From assembly GCF_006345805.1 (NCBI RefSeq), contig NC_043016.1:62001-126000 (forward strand): a DNA stretch of 64,000 nt, read 5' to 3'. Positions 25,694 to 38,444 of the stretch are shown piece after piece. This stretch comes from Octopus sinensis. Lineage: Eukaryota. The position numbers were made by a program, and so were the translations under genes. Under the pieces are notes generated by a model. It saw nothing but the letters and a program-made list of their open reading frames with translations, had not been told where the DNA came from and did not search any database. The stretch's first letter is position 1. Every line of letters starts with the position of its first letter.

Positions 25694-25912
25694 GCCTTTG
25701 CACAGCTTCTAAGGTTGGATGTACAGAATTTTTCAGCACGTACGTTAACATGTCATTTAGTGTAAACTTGTAGTGTAAATATTCAAACATTGTTAGTATC
25801 TTTCCAAAAACCTTCGGCATTTCACAAGGAATATTTGGCCCTCCGACCAAATTCGTCTTGCTCTATGTGCCGATTTAGAATCTTTTGATTGCAAATTTCG
25901 GTGAGAAAACTT

Positions 25913-25938
25913 CGACTCGTATATTGGAAAATACGGTA
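25913..25938 (-). mobile_element. Possible Tc1/mariner-superfamily terminal inverted repeat remnant
   Basis: Reverse complement taccgtattttccaatatacgagtc resembles TACCGTATTT-type termini; no partner end found. Confidence 0.3.
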
Positions 25939-26825
25939 TATGTATAGAAAAGTTACACTTATTTTTTATAATTTTATATTTAATGTTGCGTTAAACATAA
26001 AACCTACGAAGATCTTAATAGCATTTGGATTGTTTCTCAAGCATCACATATGTTGTGACACTTCTGACTGTCATATTCACATGAAAACATTTAAATTATG
26101 TTAAGCTTCCCACGTGAAATTTTTCGTATCAATGTTAAATCATTTTATTTATAATTCCTCAGTTTATTTTGTAATATATCTGATTAGGTTTATTTTAAAA
26201 ATTAAGAACAAAAATAAGGCTTTTTGAAGAACAAAAATATATAGAGTAAAAAAAAAGATAAGAATCATGTTAAAAAGGTATATACATCATGTTTTAATTT
26301 TGACCTATTTAAACAGGAAATATTCTTTACATGCCTTGAAATAAAGCATACAAGAAGAAAAAGACATTTGCATATGTGTGCGTGAATATGTGTGTATGTG
26401 TGTGTGCCTGTATGTATATCCATATGGAGCACCATATGCGAAACGATGAAACATTAAAATCCAACTCCCATGAGTAAATACAGTCAGCCTCCAATGATGT
26501 AATCAAGACCCACAAAAAAATAATTTCTAATATCAGTAAATATACCAATTAGTGTTAAACACATGTGTTTTGATAATGAATAGTTATGCAAAAAGGGGAA
26601 GTCGTAACGGGAGGGCGTTGTGTGTTGAAGTTATGGAGAGAAATATGTATGAGCATAAAATACGCTGGATCGATTCGTAATGCAACCTGAGAACATATTT
26701 TATTCTGACATTCAAAAATATGCATCCAATCAAGCGAATAATATATTCAATCAGGTATAAATTCTGTCTTACCGAAAATCTATCTCTCTCCCATAGTAAT
26801 CAATATATTTTCTAGAGCTACATCA

Positions 26826-27150
26826 TGCGTGGCTGCGTGGGAAGAAACTTGCTTCTAATTACAGGGTTCTGGGTTCAGTCTCATTGCGTAGCACCTTCGA
26901 CAGGTGTCTTCTACTAAAGATTCAGGCCGATCAAAGCCTTGTGGGTAGATCTGGTAGAAGGAAACTGAAAGAAGCCCGTCGTATATATATATATGGGGGC
27001 ATTTGTGTAGGAGTATGTGTGTATGTTTGTGTGTGTGCGTGTGTCTTGTATCTATGTTTGTCCCCACCGCCACTTGACAACCGGAGTTGCTGTGTTTACA
27101 CACCGTAACTTAGCAGTTCAGCAACAGTTATCGATTGAATAAATACCAGG
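26826..27150 (+). mobile_element. Degraded S2 SINE
   Basis: gggttctgggttcagtc..agtgtcttctact..ggaaactgaaagaagcccgtcgtatatata. Confidence 0.75.
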
Positions 27151-27426
27151 TTAACATTCTTGAAGGAGTGCTCCGACTGAACTCCCTAATCCATACGCTA
27201 CAAATGATGACGATATCTGGGACGATAAAAATCTGAAAAACCTTTAGATTTAAAGGACGACGGTTAAAACAAGATATTGTCATTCACATCCTTGCTACCA
27301 AGTAGGGGTCCGGCCAAAATTTACTCTAAATTAAGGAGAAAGACAACGTACACACACACATACATGCATACATACATACACACACACACACACATACCTA
27401 CCTACCTACCTACCTACCTACCTACC

Positions 27427-27657
27427 TATTTCTTTACTACCCACAAGGGGCTAAACACAGAGAGGACAAACAAGGACAGACAAACGGATTAAGTCGATTA
27501 TATCGACCCCAGTGCGTAACTGGTAATTATTTAATCGACTCCGAAAGGATGAAAGGCAAAGTCGACCTCGGCGGAATTTGAACTCACAATGTAGCGGCAG
27601 ACGAAATACCAGTAAGCATTTCGCCCGGCGCGCAAACGTTTCTGCCAGCTCGCCGCC
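27427..27657 (-). mobile_element. S1 SINE monomer abutting (CCTA)n
   Basis: Full head and body; tail runs into ggtaggtagg on the minus strand. Confidence 0.9.
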
Positions 27658-27804
27658 TTAATACGTACATACATAATACGTACATACATACACGTATATA
27701 GTTCGTAGATGAGATCCAAGTGTTCGCTGTATAGAATACACTTAATAGAGCTCAAGACATTTAATCTTGAGCGAGTGTAGAAGCAAATGTAGGGATCAGC
27801 AAAT

Positions 27805-28097
27805 TAGACAGATCAATACATAAAGTATATTAAATACATTAAATATAAAACAGTGTATATATGTATACATTTAAAAAGGTTCGACTTACACAGAATATAA
27901 ATGATAGAGAGAATTAAAGGAGTTGAAAAGCAGTATTACAAATCCAGAAACCGCTGCTGGTTTTGTAATACTGTTCCTCAACCGGTTTTATTCTCTGTAT
28001 CATTTGTATTCTGTGTAAGTCGGACCTTTTTATACGTATACATATATACATTTTTGTATTTCATGTAGCTGATAAACTTTATATATTGATCTGTCTA
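27805..28097. mobile_element. ~290-bp palindromic MITE-like element
   Basis: Arms aaaaaggttcgacttacacagaata..gcagtattacaaatccag and ctggttttgtaatactg..tgtgtaagtcggaccttttt; outer tagacagatcaat and attgatctgtcta; TA at both ends. Confidence 0.7.
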
Positions 28098-28298
28098 CCT
28101 TGCTTATCCCTCCATTTATCAAGATACATACGTACTGTGTGTTCATACACTGCTAGGCAAAAGGTGTGATAACCGATTAACAGGCAGGAAGAAAGAAAGG
28201 AGGCTGTGGCTATGCTGAACAGCTCGTCCTCAACAAAGCTGTCCTTAAGAAAGCCAACCAGGATCGCCTTAATCTCCTAACGATATGGCTATACTACA

Positions 28299-28771
28299 GG
28301 CGGCGAGCTGGCAGAAACGTTAGCGCGCCGGGGGAAATGCTTAGCGGTATTTCGTCTGTCGTTACGTTCTGAGTTCAAATTCCGCCGAGGTCGACTTTGC
28401 CTTTCACACTTTCGGGGTCGATAAATAAAGTACCTATTTCTTTACTACCCACAATGGGCTAAACACAGAGAGGATAAACAAGGACAGACAAACGGATTAA
28501 ATCAATTACATCGACCCCAGTGCGTAACTGGCACTTATTTAATCGACCCCGAAAGGATGAAAGGCAAAGTCGACCTCGGCGGAATTTGAACTCAGAACGT
28601 AGCGGCAGACGAAATACGGCTACGCATTTCGCCCGGCGTGCTAACGTTTCTGCCAGCTCGCCGATAAATAAAGTACCAGTTTCGCACTGGTGTCGATGTA
28701 ATCGACTTAATCCCTTTGTATGTCCTTGTTTGTTCCCTCTGTGTTTAGCCCCTTGTGGGCAATAAAGAAAT
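28299..28771 (+). mobile_element. S1 SINE split by an antisense S1 copy (28435-28662)
   Basis: 15-bp TSD gataaataaagtacc at 28420-28434 and 28663-28677. Confidence 0.92.
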
Positions 28772-29522
28772 ATATACTACAAGAAGATGTTCGACATCGT
28801 GCTTCACCTATGGGTGATAAAATCATTACACCTATCCAAAATACCAGCTGTTATAGTGAATGTCATTGAGAGACTGATAGTAACATTGTCCACACAATTA
28901 TCACTGACATCTACTAAAGCAACACCTATTGTTCGAAACAGAATTAAGCTATCAACAGGCATATCCCAGGGTAATAATTTATCTGTAATATTGTTTGTAC
29001 TGGCAATGAATCCCTTGTCAGCTCTGTTAGTAAAATGTCAAAGGTACATGCTGGGATATGCAGAAAAGAATAACATTAATGTCACCCACACGTTTTGTGG
29101 TTGATGAGCTAACGTTATATTCTGGTTATATGACCAATATCAAGAGACAATTAGAACTAATCTTATCATTCCCACAAGATATATTAATGATGTTTGTGCA
29201 AGATAAATATTCATACATGGTAGTCAGCCGAGGAAAGATTATCATCAACGTCTATATCCCCTACATTTAATGATGAAAACTACATGCGCCTCAGAATCGA
29301 TGAGAATGCTGCATATATTGGTGCTGTGATTAAAGCTAGAATAAAAAAAGAGTGCTTCAGTAGATTTCAGGAAAATGTGGAACTCACATTGCTTTTACAG
29401 TACCAGTGCTAATACCAACATTTTGGATACTGGACTGGACACTCGATGAGATATGCAACCTGAACTTCAAAACGAGAAATTTATTAATCACCGCTGGCAA
29501 TTTCCACATTAACAGTGATCCC

Positions 29523-29744
29523 TATTTCTTTACTACCCACAAGAAGCTAAACACAGAGAGGACAAACAAGGAGAGAAAACGGATTAATTCGATTATATCG
29601 ATCCCCAGTGCGTAACTGGTACTTAATTTATCGACCCCGAAAGGATGAAAGGCAAAGTCGGCCAGAATTTGAACTCAGAACGTAACGGCAGACGAAATAC
29701 GGCTAGGCATTTCGCCTAGCGTGCTAACGTTTCTGCCAGCTCGC
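29523..29744 (-). mobile_element. S1 SINE monomer
   Basis: TSD cattaa(c/g)agtgat(c/a)cc at 29507-29522 and 29750-29765. Confidence 0.88.
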
Positions 29745-30342
29745 AGAAACATTAAGAGTGATACCAATAGGGTTTATGTGAGACGAAGTGATGGCAGTAG
29801 AGGCGTAAGGTCAGAGTAAACAGCATTTGAATGTTGTATTTTATCCCACATACATCACCTGCTGAACAGGAAATAAAGAAATGAGTACACATCATGCACA
29901 CTCATAAGTGGGAGCAACAATATCCTCAGGGTTGGAGCAGAGCAGCCATAAAGGTACTCTGAGAATGTGACCCAAAGGAGGCTGGACTGGCCTACCTAAA
30001 TGAAAAATTGGAGGAGAGGTAGGCATCATACCAACGAAAAGCAATGCTTGGAGGCATATGCCCAAAGCCAGAGGGCAACAATAGCGTTGACAGAAAGAGT
30101 AACCTTTCCTGGACCTATGAGAGATACATTACATTCCACCTAGGAAGAGATACCCATGCTATCCGGGAACAGGAACTAGCTGCAAAATATCTGATAAACA
30201 AGAGGGATAAAAATATACTAGGAAACCTCCACGTTGTGATAAAAAAAAAATGTCGGCTCTGCTGTAGCAGTGTGAAAGATGTCACCCACATCATCAGCAT
30301 CTGCTCCAAAATGTCTACGTGATACTACCTGCCCCCCAAGGC

Positions 30343-30636
30343 GTGGAGGCACATGGCCTAGTGGTTAGAGCAGCGGACTCGCGGTTAAGGGATCGCAGTT
30401 TCGAATCCTAGACCAGGCGATGTGTGTGTTTATGAGCGAAACACCTAAGCTTCACGCGGCTCAGGCAGAAGGTAATGGCGAACTTCTGCTGACTCTTTCG
30501 CCACAACTTTCACTCTTTCCTCTTGCAGCTCACCAGCGACGGACCGGCATCCCGTCCAGGTGGGGGACCTATACGCCAAGGAAACCGGGAAACCGGCCCT
30601 TATGAACCAGACATGGCTCGAGAAGGAACAGATCTT
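30343..30636 (+). mobile_element. S3 SINE, tail type b
   Basis: A box tggcctagtgg, B box gtttcgaatcc; TSD cccccaaggc at 30333-30342 and 30637-30646. Confidence 0.9.
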
Positions 30637-31008
30637 CCCCCAAGGCATGATGTAGTTTCAAAGATTATTTACAATGCTGTCCGCGGGAAGGACTGCCCTG
30701 ACGTATACATTAAAGGCATATCAGATGTAACCGTTATTCAAACATTTAAAAACATGGAATACTTGTTGAGCACCCTAACTAAGAACATGAATTTGGTGCA
30801 ACCATAACAGACATGATATTGTTCTGTGGGACAGGGAACAAAAATCATGCACTGTTGTAGAGGTTAGCTGCCCAGCGGATTTGAATGCACGATCAAAAGT
30901 CCAAGAAAAAGAGAACATTTAGGGCAAATTAATGTGGAAGTTACATCTGTTTTACCCTACTATGAATTCTCATTTGTACATATTATCACAGGTACATTAG
31001 GTACATTA

Positions 31009-31239
31009 GGCGGCAAGCTGGCAGAATCGTTAGCATGCCGGGTGAAATGCGTAGCCGTATTTCGTCTGCCGCTACGTTCTGAGTTCAAATTCCGCCGAGG
31101 TCGAATTTGCCTTTCATCTTTTCGGGATCGATTAAATAAGTACCAGACACGCACTGGGGTCGATGTAATCGACCTAATCCGTTTGCCTGTCCTTGTTTGT
31201 CCCCTCCGTGTTTAGCCCCTTGTGGGTAATAAAGAAATA
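31009..31239 (+). mobile_element. S1 SINE monomer
   Basis: TSD ggtacatta at 31000-31008 and 31240-31248. Confidence 0.9.
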
Positions 31240-31789
31240 GGTACATTAGGTTCTGTATCCACAAACTTACACAAAAACGTAGAAATACTTGGTTTGTGGA
31301 ATAAAAGCAAAAGGAACTGACCGCGGATTCTCCAAATCCAATCTATTAGCAAAGATTTGTAAGACATTCCAAAAATTCTCCACGTGAGATTCTTATATGA
31401 ATAGACACACGCCTGGGTGTATAATGTATCGACAGTTCAACCAACACAACAACTCGACCACATTTTCACAAAAACCGGGAACTCTCATAACTCAAAACAT
31501 CTTGTTGCTTTGATAGGAACTGACTTGAACTCTCTCAAGAATTTAAATACATTGAAAAATACGTTCATATATGCATACATACGTACATACGTAGATACGT
31601 ACACACATATACATACATACATACATACATACAAACATACATACATACATACATAAATACATACATACATACAAATATACATACATACATACATAAATAT
31701 ATACATACATACATGGCCCTTCGTTATCGAGTATGGCCATGCACGAAGTTTAATCAGTGTTGTTATCGTGCAATGCCTGTGCAAGAAGG

Positions 31790-32250
31790 TTTTTTTTTAA
31801 GTGAGGAAAGGCTGTGCACTGAGTCAACCCCACTCACTTTGCAACAACAGCCATAATCCGAAAAGAAGAACAAGTCAACATCATCGGTAACCACTGAGCC
31901 GCAGGTTTTATGTCGGAGTTATCCCAGTTACCTGAGTTACCTTCTCCTAGAAGGATGCCCTAACAAAGGCTGGGTGTCCTTCACTCCCAATGGTTTAACC
32001 ACCGATCGGGTATTCAGTCCGATTATTTCTATGTCCCCGCGCATGATACAGCCTTAAGACATTTATTGGATGGCCGTTGACTCTCAAGAGTTCCTTCGCC
32101 CTTTGACGGGTTTTGTTTTTCATCCTGCAGGCTGTCCAATAAACACCCTCATCACCAAGCAAGCTTGGTGGGGTTGCTGGTTTAGTCGCCGACGACTCGA
32201 CCATGCAACAGGTTGTACTGGGTTACATGTTACCAGTAGCACTCGAAAGT
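31790..32250 (-). mobile_element. Probable RTE 5' UTR fragment
   Basis: Reverse complement contains ctaggagaaggtaactc..taaaacct, resembling RTE 5' UTR motifs as I recall them. Confidence 0.4.
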
Positions 32251-33710
32251 AACCTGACATACATACATACATATACACATACAGATATAGTACAAGTACG
32301 TAGCTTTACCCACCTTTCCATGTAGATTGCATTATATTTTTAAAGTGTTTATGAAAATAAGGAGTGTAAACTTTTATGAAAATATTGTACCTCAGCGGTT
32401 TCTAACATTACCAAAAGAGTTCTGGTTATTTTTCTCCTAGAAATTCAGAGCTATTTCATGAGATCTTTGGCAGATTTTCCACAAACTCTATCACACCCAC
32501 CTCTATGGTGAAGACTTTGGTTTGGAAGCCAAATTCTCTCCGTCTGATCACCAAACTCTTTCACTTTGAAGTTTTGTCGATGTGGCCTTTATTGCATATG
32601 GCATAATGAGTTCAGCCAGAATCACTTGTTTATGATGAAAGTGATTTGAGTACAATGTGGAGTCTAGTACCACTCTTGTTGAGGATATATGGGAGATTCT
32701 TCCATCCTAGATGGTCTGCTGTGCATTTCATAGTTATCCACTCCTTCCTGTAGATTCAGCTTCTACGATCCAACTGGAACAGCTGTTGCAGACTACAATT
32801 GTTTTACACTCTGCTGTGTAGGAAACCGGGGATTCTGATGGCATTGTCTTTTCTTTCACTGTACAAATCACATGCATATTTCACGTACATATCATATAAA
32901 GGTGGAGAACCGCTAGAGCGTTGGGTAAATTGCGTTTTATGTTTTATACTAGTTTGCTGTGCCATGCTTTTATAACCTGTCAAAATCAACTTTGCATTTT
33001 GTCTTTATGAGGTTGTTGAAAAACTAAACCAGAGTAGTGGATTTGGTGCTATCAGAGGGTTGTTGTAGATGCCTTGTGGTGCCTAATCCAATTCTTCATA
33101 CTCTGACAGCAACGTCTGCAGTGACATAAGTATGCCTCTGAATCGGCTGAAAACAATGATCTTTTTCTTTAACAAATATTTGATGTCTGAAGACATGATG
33201 CCTACATGGGTGGACATCAGCCAGTTTTTCTCAAAATATTTTGCCCAAATCTTCACAAACCTGAAATAACTGTCAATTATAATACCTCTTGGATTATGGA
33301 GAACGAAGAGCCACTGTCTAAGAGTGGTGTTGAGAGATTTTATTTTTGCTAAGTCTGGAAGAAGATGCGGTCCTCATGGAATCTGAAAATCCTCCAAGAA
33401 CGGCACGTTTGATGTCATTAGTCTTTCAGGCTGAACGTTTGTAAACTGGCATCTGGGGAAAGATGATCAAGGATGAAATAAAAAAAAAGAGCGACATTTC
33501 GAAAAAGAAGTTCTAGATATAATTATACTTGCGGGTAGAGTTCAGAACAGAATATCACTACAATAACACTTTCGTCAGTAGAATTTGGTGGCAACGTTGT
33601 TTTGATATTAGAATGAGTTAGTGTATTCAATATTCAACCTGGATGGTAGTGAAACCATTGATGCGATTCCAGAAGTCAATGTAGTTCACTCCTTGGTTGT
33701 TTGTCTAGCT

Positions 33711-33778
33711 CAGTGGTTCTCAACACTTTTATTTAAATGAGTTTTCCCACGGCCCCCCCTTTTCAATATGCTTATCCT

Positions 33779-33814
<36 letters not shown>

Positions 33815-34099
33815 ATAGGCTCCTACATCTCACCATATAAAAAATAATTTTTATTATAAATTTAAATACCTACTGTTTTATTACTTGGCAACACGTGTTT
33901 CATGAGGTACATCCTCGGGTTCCTAAACCACTCCCTGTTTTCTTGGAACCCTTCTTAAAATGTTATGCCGGAATTTTTATTCCCTAAAAAATAATATTTA
34001 AATTAAAAAAATATATATATGTATATTTATGAAATTTTGAATTTAGTTCACGAACCTCCAGTACTACCTTTGCAGACTTCAGATTGGTGGGAACTAATG
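33711..34099. mobile_element. Possible hAT (Charlie-like) MITE remnant
   Basis: cagtggttctcaac start, cacggccccc motif, degenerate gggaactaatg end. Confidence 0.35.
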
Positions 34100-34524
34100 G
34101 TCGAGCTTTTGGTCCTCAATGTTAAACTGACAAAAGAATGACGTTTAGTAAGATGAAGGGCAACTGGGGTCGGTGACGTAATTAGGGTTGCTGAACACTA
34201 ATCATATTGTTTTCATTGTTCCAGTTGCCTTTCAGTTTTCTTGGTGTGTTACACCGAGGGAGTTAATAACTAGAATGGAGGCAGATACATATATACAGAA
34301 AGAGAAGAGGATGAAGGGGAGACGGAGAAATAGAAATAATGGAATCTGTGAAAAAAACAGAAAAACATGAACTACAGTGAAAGAGAGGAAATACAGAGGG
34401 GGATGGAAGACAGAGAGGTGGGAGATTCACAGAGAGAGAGAGAGAAAGAGGTGGGAGACTGAGAGACAGACAGACAGAGACAGTGAGAATGTCAATGTTA
34501 TTCTGCATTGGTATGTTCAAATTG

Positions 34525-34756
34525 AGGCGGCGAGCTGGCAGAAACGCTAGCACGCCGGGCGAAATGCTTAGTGGTATTTCGTCTGCCGTTACGTTCTGAG
34601 TTTAAATTCCACCGAGGTCGACTTTGCCTTTCATCCTTTCGGAGTCGATAAATTAAATACCAGTTACGCACTGGGGTCGATGTAATCGACTTAATCCGTT
34701 TGTCTGTCCTTGTCTGTCCCCTCTGTGTTTAGCCCCTTGTGGGTAGTAAAGAAATA
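34525..34756 (+). mobile_element. S1 SINE monomer
   Basis: 15-bp TSD ggtatgttcaaattg at 34510-34524 and 34757-34771. Confidence 0.93.
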
Positions 34757-35524
34757 GGTATGTTCAAATTGTGTGTTCGAACGTAAAGGAACAATGTCAT
34801 GAAGATTTATAAATATAAGCATTAAAACATATGTCGGTAAATTGTTAAATTAAAGTGAAATAACCTTAGTGGGGGAAAAACCTGTGGCTGTTATACCTTT
34901 ATCTTTTACGTGTTCCAGGCAAAAGGCTATTGCCATGCTGGGTCACTACCATTTATTTTTATCTTATTTTTTTTGTCATTGTTTAAATGCTTATCGCTAT
35001 TATGAGTGTAGACAGGTACATACATCGGCAGAAGGGAAAGTAAATGTTCAATTATGCTGATTTACACTGAGGAATCTTCACTGTTCCTGCAATAAATTAT
35101 TATGGAAATTGGTGCACAGTTTGATATAACAACAAAATAGTTCGATATATTTGTACGGGATTAAATGAGATTAAACGATTCATTACTAAAACTGTGAGAA
35201 TTATGAAGCAGAAACCTCTATTTGTACGTAATTAATAACAACACATAATTACAAAGTTGATATACTGATTGCCGTACTAAATACATTTTTAATTTATGGG
35301 AAGTTCTTTAGGTCCGATGAATACAGCAAACTGAGAAAACCTCATAAATCTTGACGACAATTCTTTGTCACTTTCAGAAGTTCTACAAATTAAGAATGGG
35401 CTTTCCAGTTGATTTATATATTTTGAGGGAAAACACAAGGATATCTTAGCAGCATTATACCCCTACCCAGGGAAAATGAAATCATTGGGTTCTATAGTAT
35501 ATACTTATCAACTGTAAGCCACAG

Positions 35525-35626
35525 AATACATAGATCAGAATTGGTCCGTCTTCAACCATGAGGTCCTTGGGCCCAGAGTGCCCATGCATTATCACAACCC
35601 TGGAGGGACAGACTTTTTTTTTGTAT
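35525..35626 (+). CDS. Candidate internal coding exon (102 nt, phase 1-1) with cupin-like G(X)5HXH motif
   Basis: cacag|AATACATAG..GTAT|gtaagt; reads YIDQNWSVFNHEVLGPRVPMHYHNPGGTDFFFV; the minus strand is also open. Confidence 0.3.
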
Positions 35627-37433
35627 GTAAGTAATAAATCTCTTTGGGCATACTTTTGTCTACGTAACTTCGACAGTAGAGTAAAGCCTGGCCTTTCTCA
35701 CATCCATATAAATATAGTGAAAGAGTTACATACATATTTAGCTAAAGATAATTTGCAAAGTTGAAAATAAAACAAACGGAAATAATTTAAGGGAGTCAAA
35801 ACCATAAATTCGAGTTATGCTAAAATATACGATGTACCGAATGCCGTAAGTAATGAATTGTTGATGAATTAAAATTTCCAGAGTTGGAGAAAAAAGACTA
35901 GAAAAATCAAATGGCATTTGTTGGCGACTTTTCTAGAGAACAGGAGTTAAATTATTAGTTTAATGTGTGTAATTGTTCAGGTTTTAATGACATGGATTAA
36001 TTAAATTGTAATTTATTACACACAACTTTCGATTAATTTCATATAAGTTTCTTTAATAAACATAGAATAAATTACTACAGATTACCGTAAGAATATAATT
36101 TACATTTAGTACATTCCAAAAATCTGTGCAGTGCTCCACGAATTTCTTCATATATACACACTTTCATTCACTCTTACCACTAATTTCCCACACATGCACC
36201 GCGCACGCACGCACGCATACACACGCACGCGCGCATAAAAGCTATTAAATTTTCCATTATATTACAAAATTATAAATGATATCAAGAAATATAATGATTA
36301 ATAAAATATATTTTATTTCTAATGCAATTTTTATTATTTTGAAATGCTTTAGAGTTGTCCTCATGAATTCTTGGAAAGCAATGTTCCATTCTATTTAATA
36401 TTATCGTTAAAAAAATTATTCACTTCATTAAGAGTTCTCAAATCAGTCATAACTTTCCTATTCCTGGGTAAACGTCCTTTTTTCTTTCTTTTCCACCATT
36501 ACTCTTGGTTAACTGTATCAGTTACCAATTAAATGTTATCGCCCAATTGCTTCAGGTCATTTCACTTAATTACTAAGTAAAAATATGAAAAAGACCATAA
36601 TTATTAATAGGTGGAATTATTTGGTGTAATACTTAAAGATTTGCTTCTTTAATCCGTTAATGAATTTTTGCAACATTTAAAATTATATTACATTTAAAAT
36701 TATATTATATTCTAAACAAGCGTAATATAATTTTAAATGCCCCGCTGTTTCACTCGTCAATTTGTTCCGGCAAGAGTGTACGGTCCTGGTTGAATTTATC
36801 TATAATAATCGTGAAATATACAAAATTGTAGAGAATGAAGAATTTTCGATGTTCTTCGAAATGTCTTATCAGTGATGTTTATAATACAACTATGAACCAA
36901 CACAGCAAAATAACGATTAATTTTATTTTTAAATTTCAATACTAATGAAATGAATTCCATTTCTTTTAATTTTGCGTTTGTATAAATTACCAAGTTATTT
37001 TCAAATTTTAATATATTCAATGATTTTTCGCGAGAACGGTAGACATGCAACCGTTTTAGAAACGTCTAGAAACTACGTCAGATTCAAATTCTCAGGCGCC
37101 ACAAACCCCACATCAGCTTTGACACCCATCGTCCCTTCCCATGATTTTGTTTCTTCATTTTTTTTTCTTATTTATTTTTTTCTAAAAAGCAAAGACTTCC
37201 CAGCTGAAAAAACGACAAATGCTACGCTGGATTTAACCTTCCATTAGTTCCGTTACAAACCACATGCTAAATTCATATTCAACAAACTTCCTTTGCAGAT
37301 GTTTGCCAAATAAATCAGTTGACAAATAATAAATAAATAATAAATAAATAAATACTAATGCTTTAGATTTTAATGAATTCTACTGAAAAGTGATTTCTGA
37401 CACACATAGATTAGATTTTTGTCTTTTCAGTGC

Positions 37434-37480
<47 letters not shown>

Positions 37481-37483
<3 letters not shown>

Positions 37484-37887
37484 CCTTTCTACTTACTATA
37501 GGCAGAAGGCCTGAAATTTGGAAGGAGGGAAATTGTCGATTACATCGAACCCCAGCACTCAACTGGTACTTAATTCATCGACCCCCAAAGGATGAAAGGC
37601 AAGGTTGACCATGGCAGAATTTGAACTGAGAACGTAAAGGTGGACGAAATACTGCTATGCATTTTGTCCGGCGTGCTAACGAACCTGCCAGCTCGGCACC
37701 AGCTATTTGGGGGTAGGGGTAAGTCGAATACATCAACCCTGTGCTCAACTGGTACTTATTTTATCGACCCCGAAAGGATGAAAGGCACAATCGACCTCGA
37801 CGGAATTTGAACTCAGATCGTAAAGACGGATGAAATGACGTGAAGCATTTTCCCCGGCGTGCTAACGATTCTGCCAGCTCACCGCCA
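37481..37887 (-). mobile_element. Two older S1-variant SINEs in tandem
   Basis: atcgacccc.aaaggatgaaaggc..gaatttgaact cores; heads end near 37700 and 37887. Confidence 0.8.
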
Positions 37888-37889
37888 TA

Positions 37890-37955
<66 letters not shown>

Positions 37956-38149
37956 GTTTATATATTTGTTGTGCAAGATTTTTTATTGTGTGTTTAAACA
38001 GATATTGTTGTATTTAGGAATGGTCATTTTGCCAGTTTAACCAATAAAAACACATGCACTATATATTTGGCGTTACATTGCTTCAGCGTTATTTATTTTT
38101 TATATTTAATCTTAATCTTATTTCGGCCAGAGTTCTTTCGTCACACTCC

Positions 38150-38180
38150 TGTGACCGCATCATCATTATCGTTGTTTTTG

Positions 38181-38227
<47 letters not shown>

Positions 38228-38238
38228 TTATTATTATT

Positions 38239-38279
<41 letters not shown>

Positions 38280-38299
38280 TGATGATGATGATGATGATG

Positions 38300-38346
<47 letters not shown>

Positions 38347-38409
38347 TATAATTATAATTATAATAATAATAGCAATAATAATGATAATAATAATAACAAC
38401 AACGATATA

Positions 38410-38440
<31 letters not shown>
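38150..38440. repeat. (ATT)(AAT)(GAT) compound microsatellite
   Basis: Direct reading. Confidence 0.9.

Positions 38441-38444
<4 letters not shown>

Larger units (their letters stand above)
28780..31400 (+). mobile_element. Decayed RLE-type non-LTR element (R4/NeSL-like) carrying three SINE insertions
   Basis: GISQGNNLSVILFVLAMNPL, VDELTLY, CRLCCSSVKDVTHIISIC (CCHC-like), RHD, DIVLWDREQKSCTVVEVSCP (PD..E nuclease remnant). Confidence 0.8.

Noticed and set aside
30343-30420. tRNA-like sequence with A and B boxes (also the other S1, S2 and S3 heads)
   Set aside because: It continues into SINE core and tail and has a TSD; no complete cloverleaf, so it is a SINE head and not a tRNA gene
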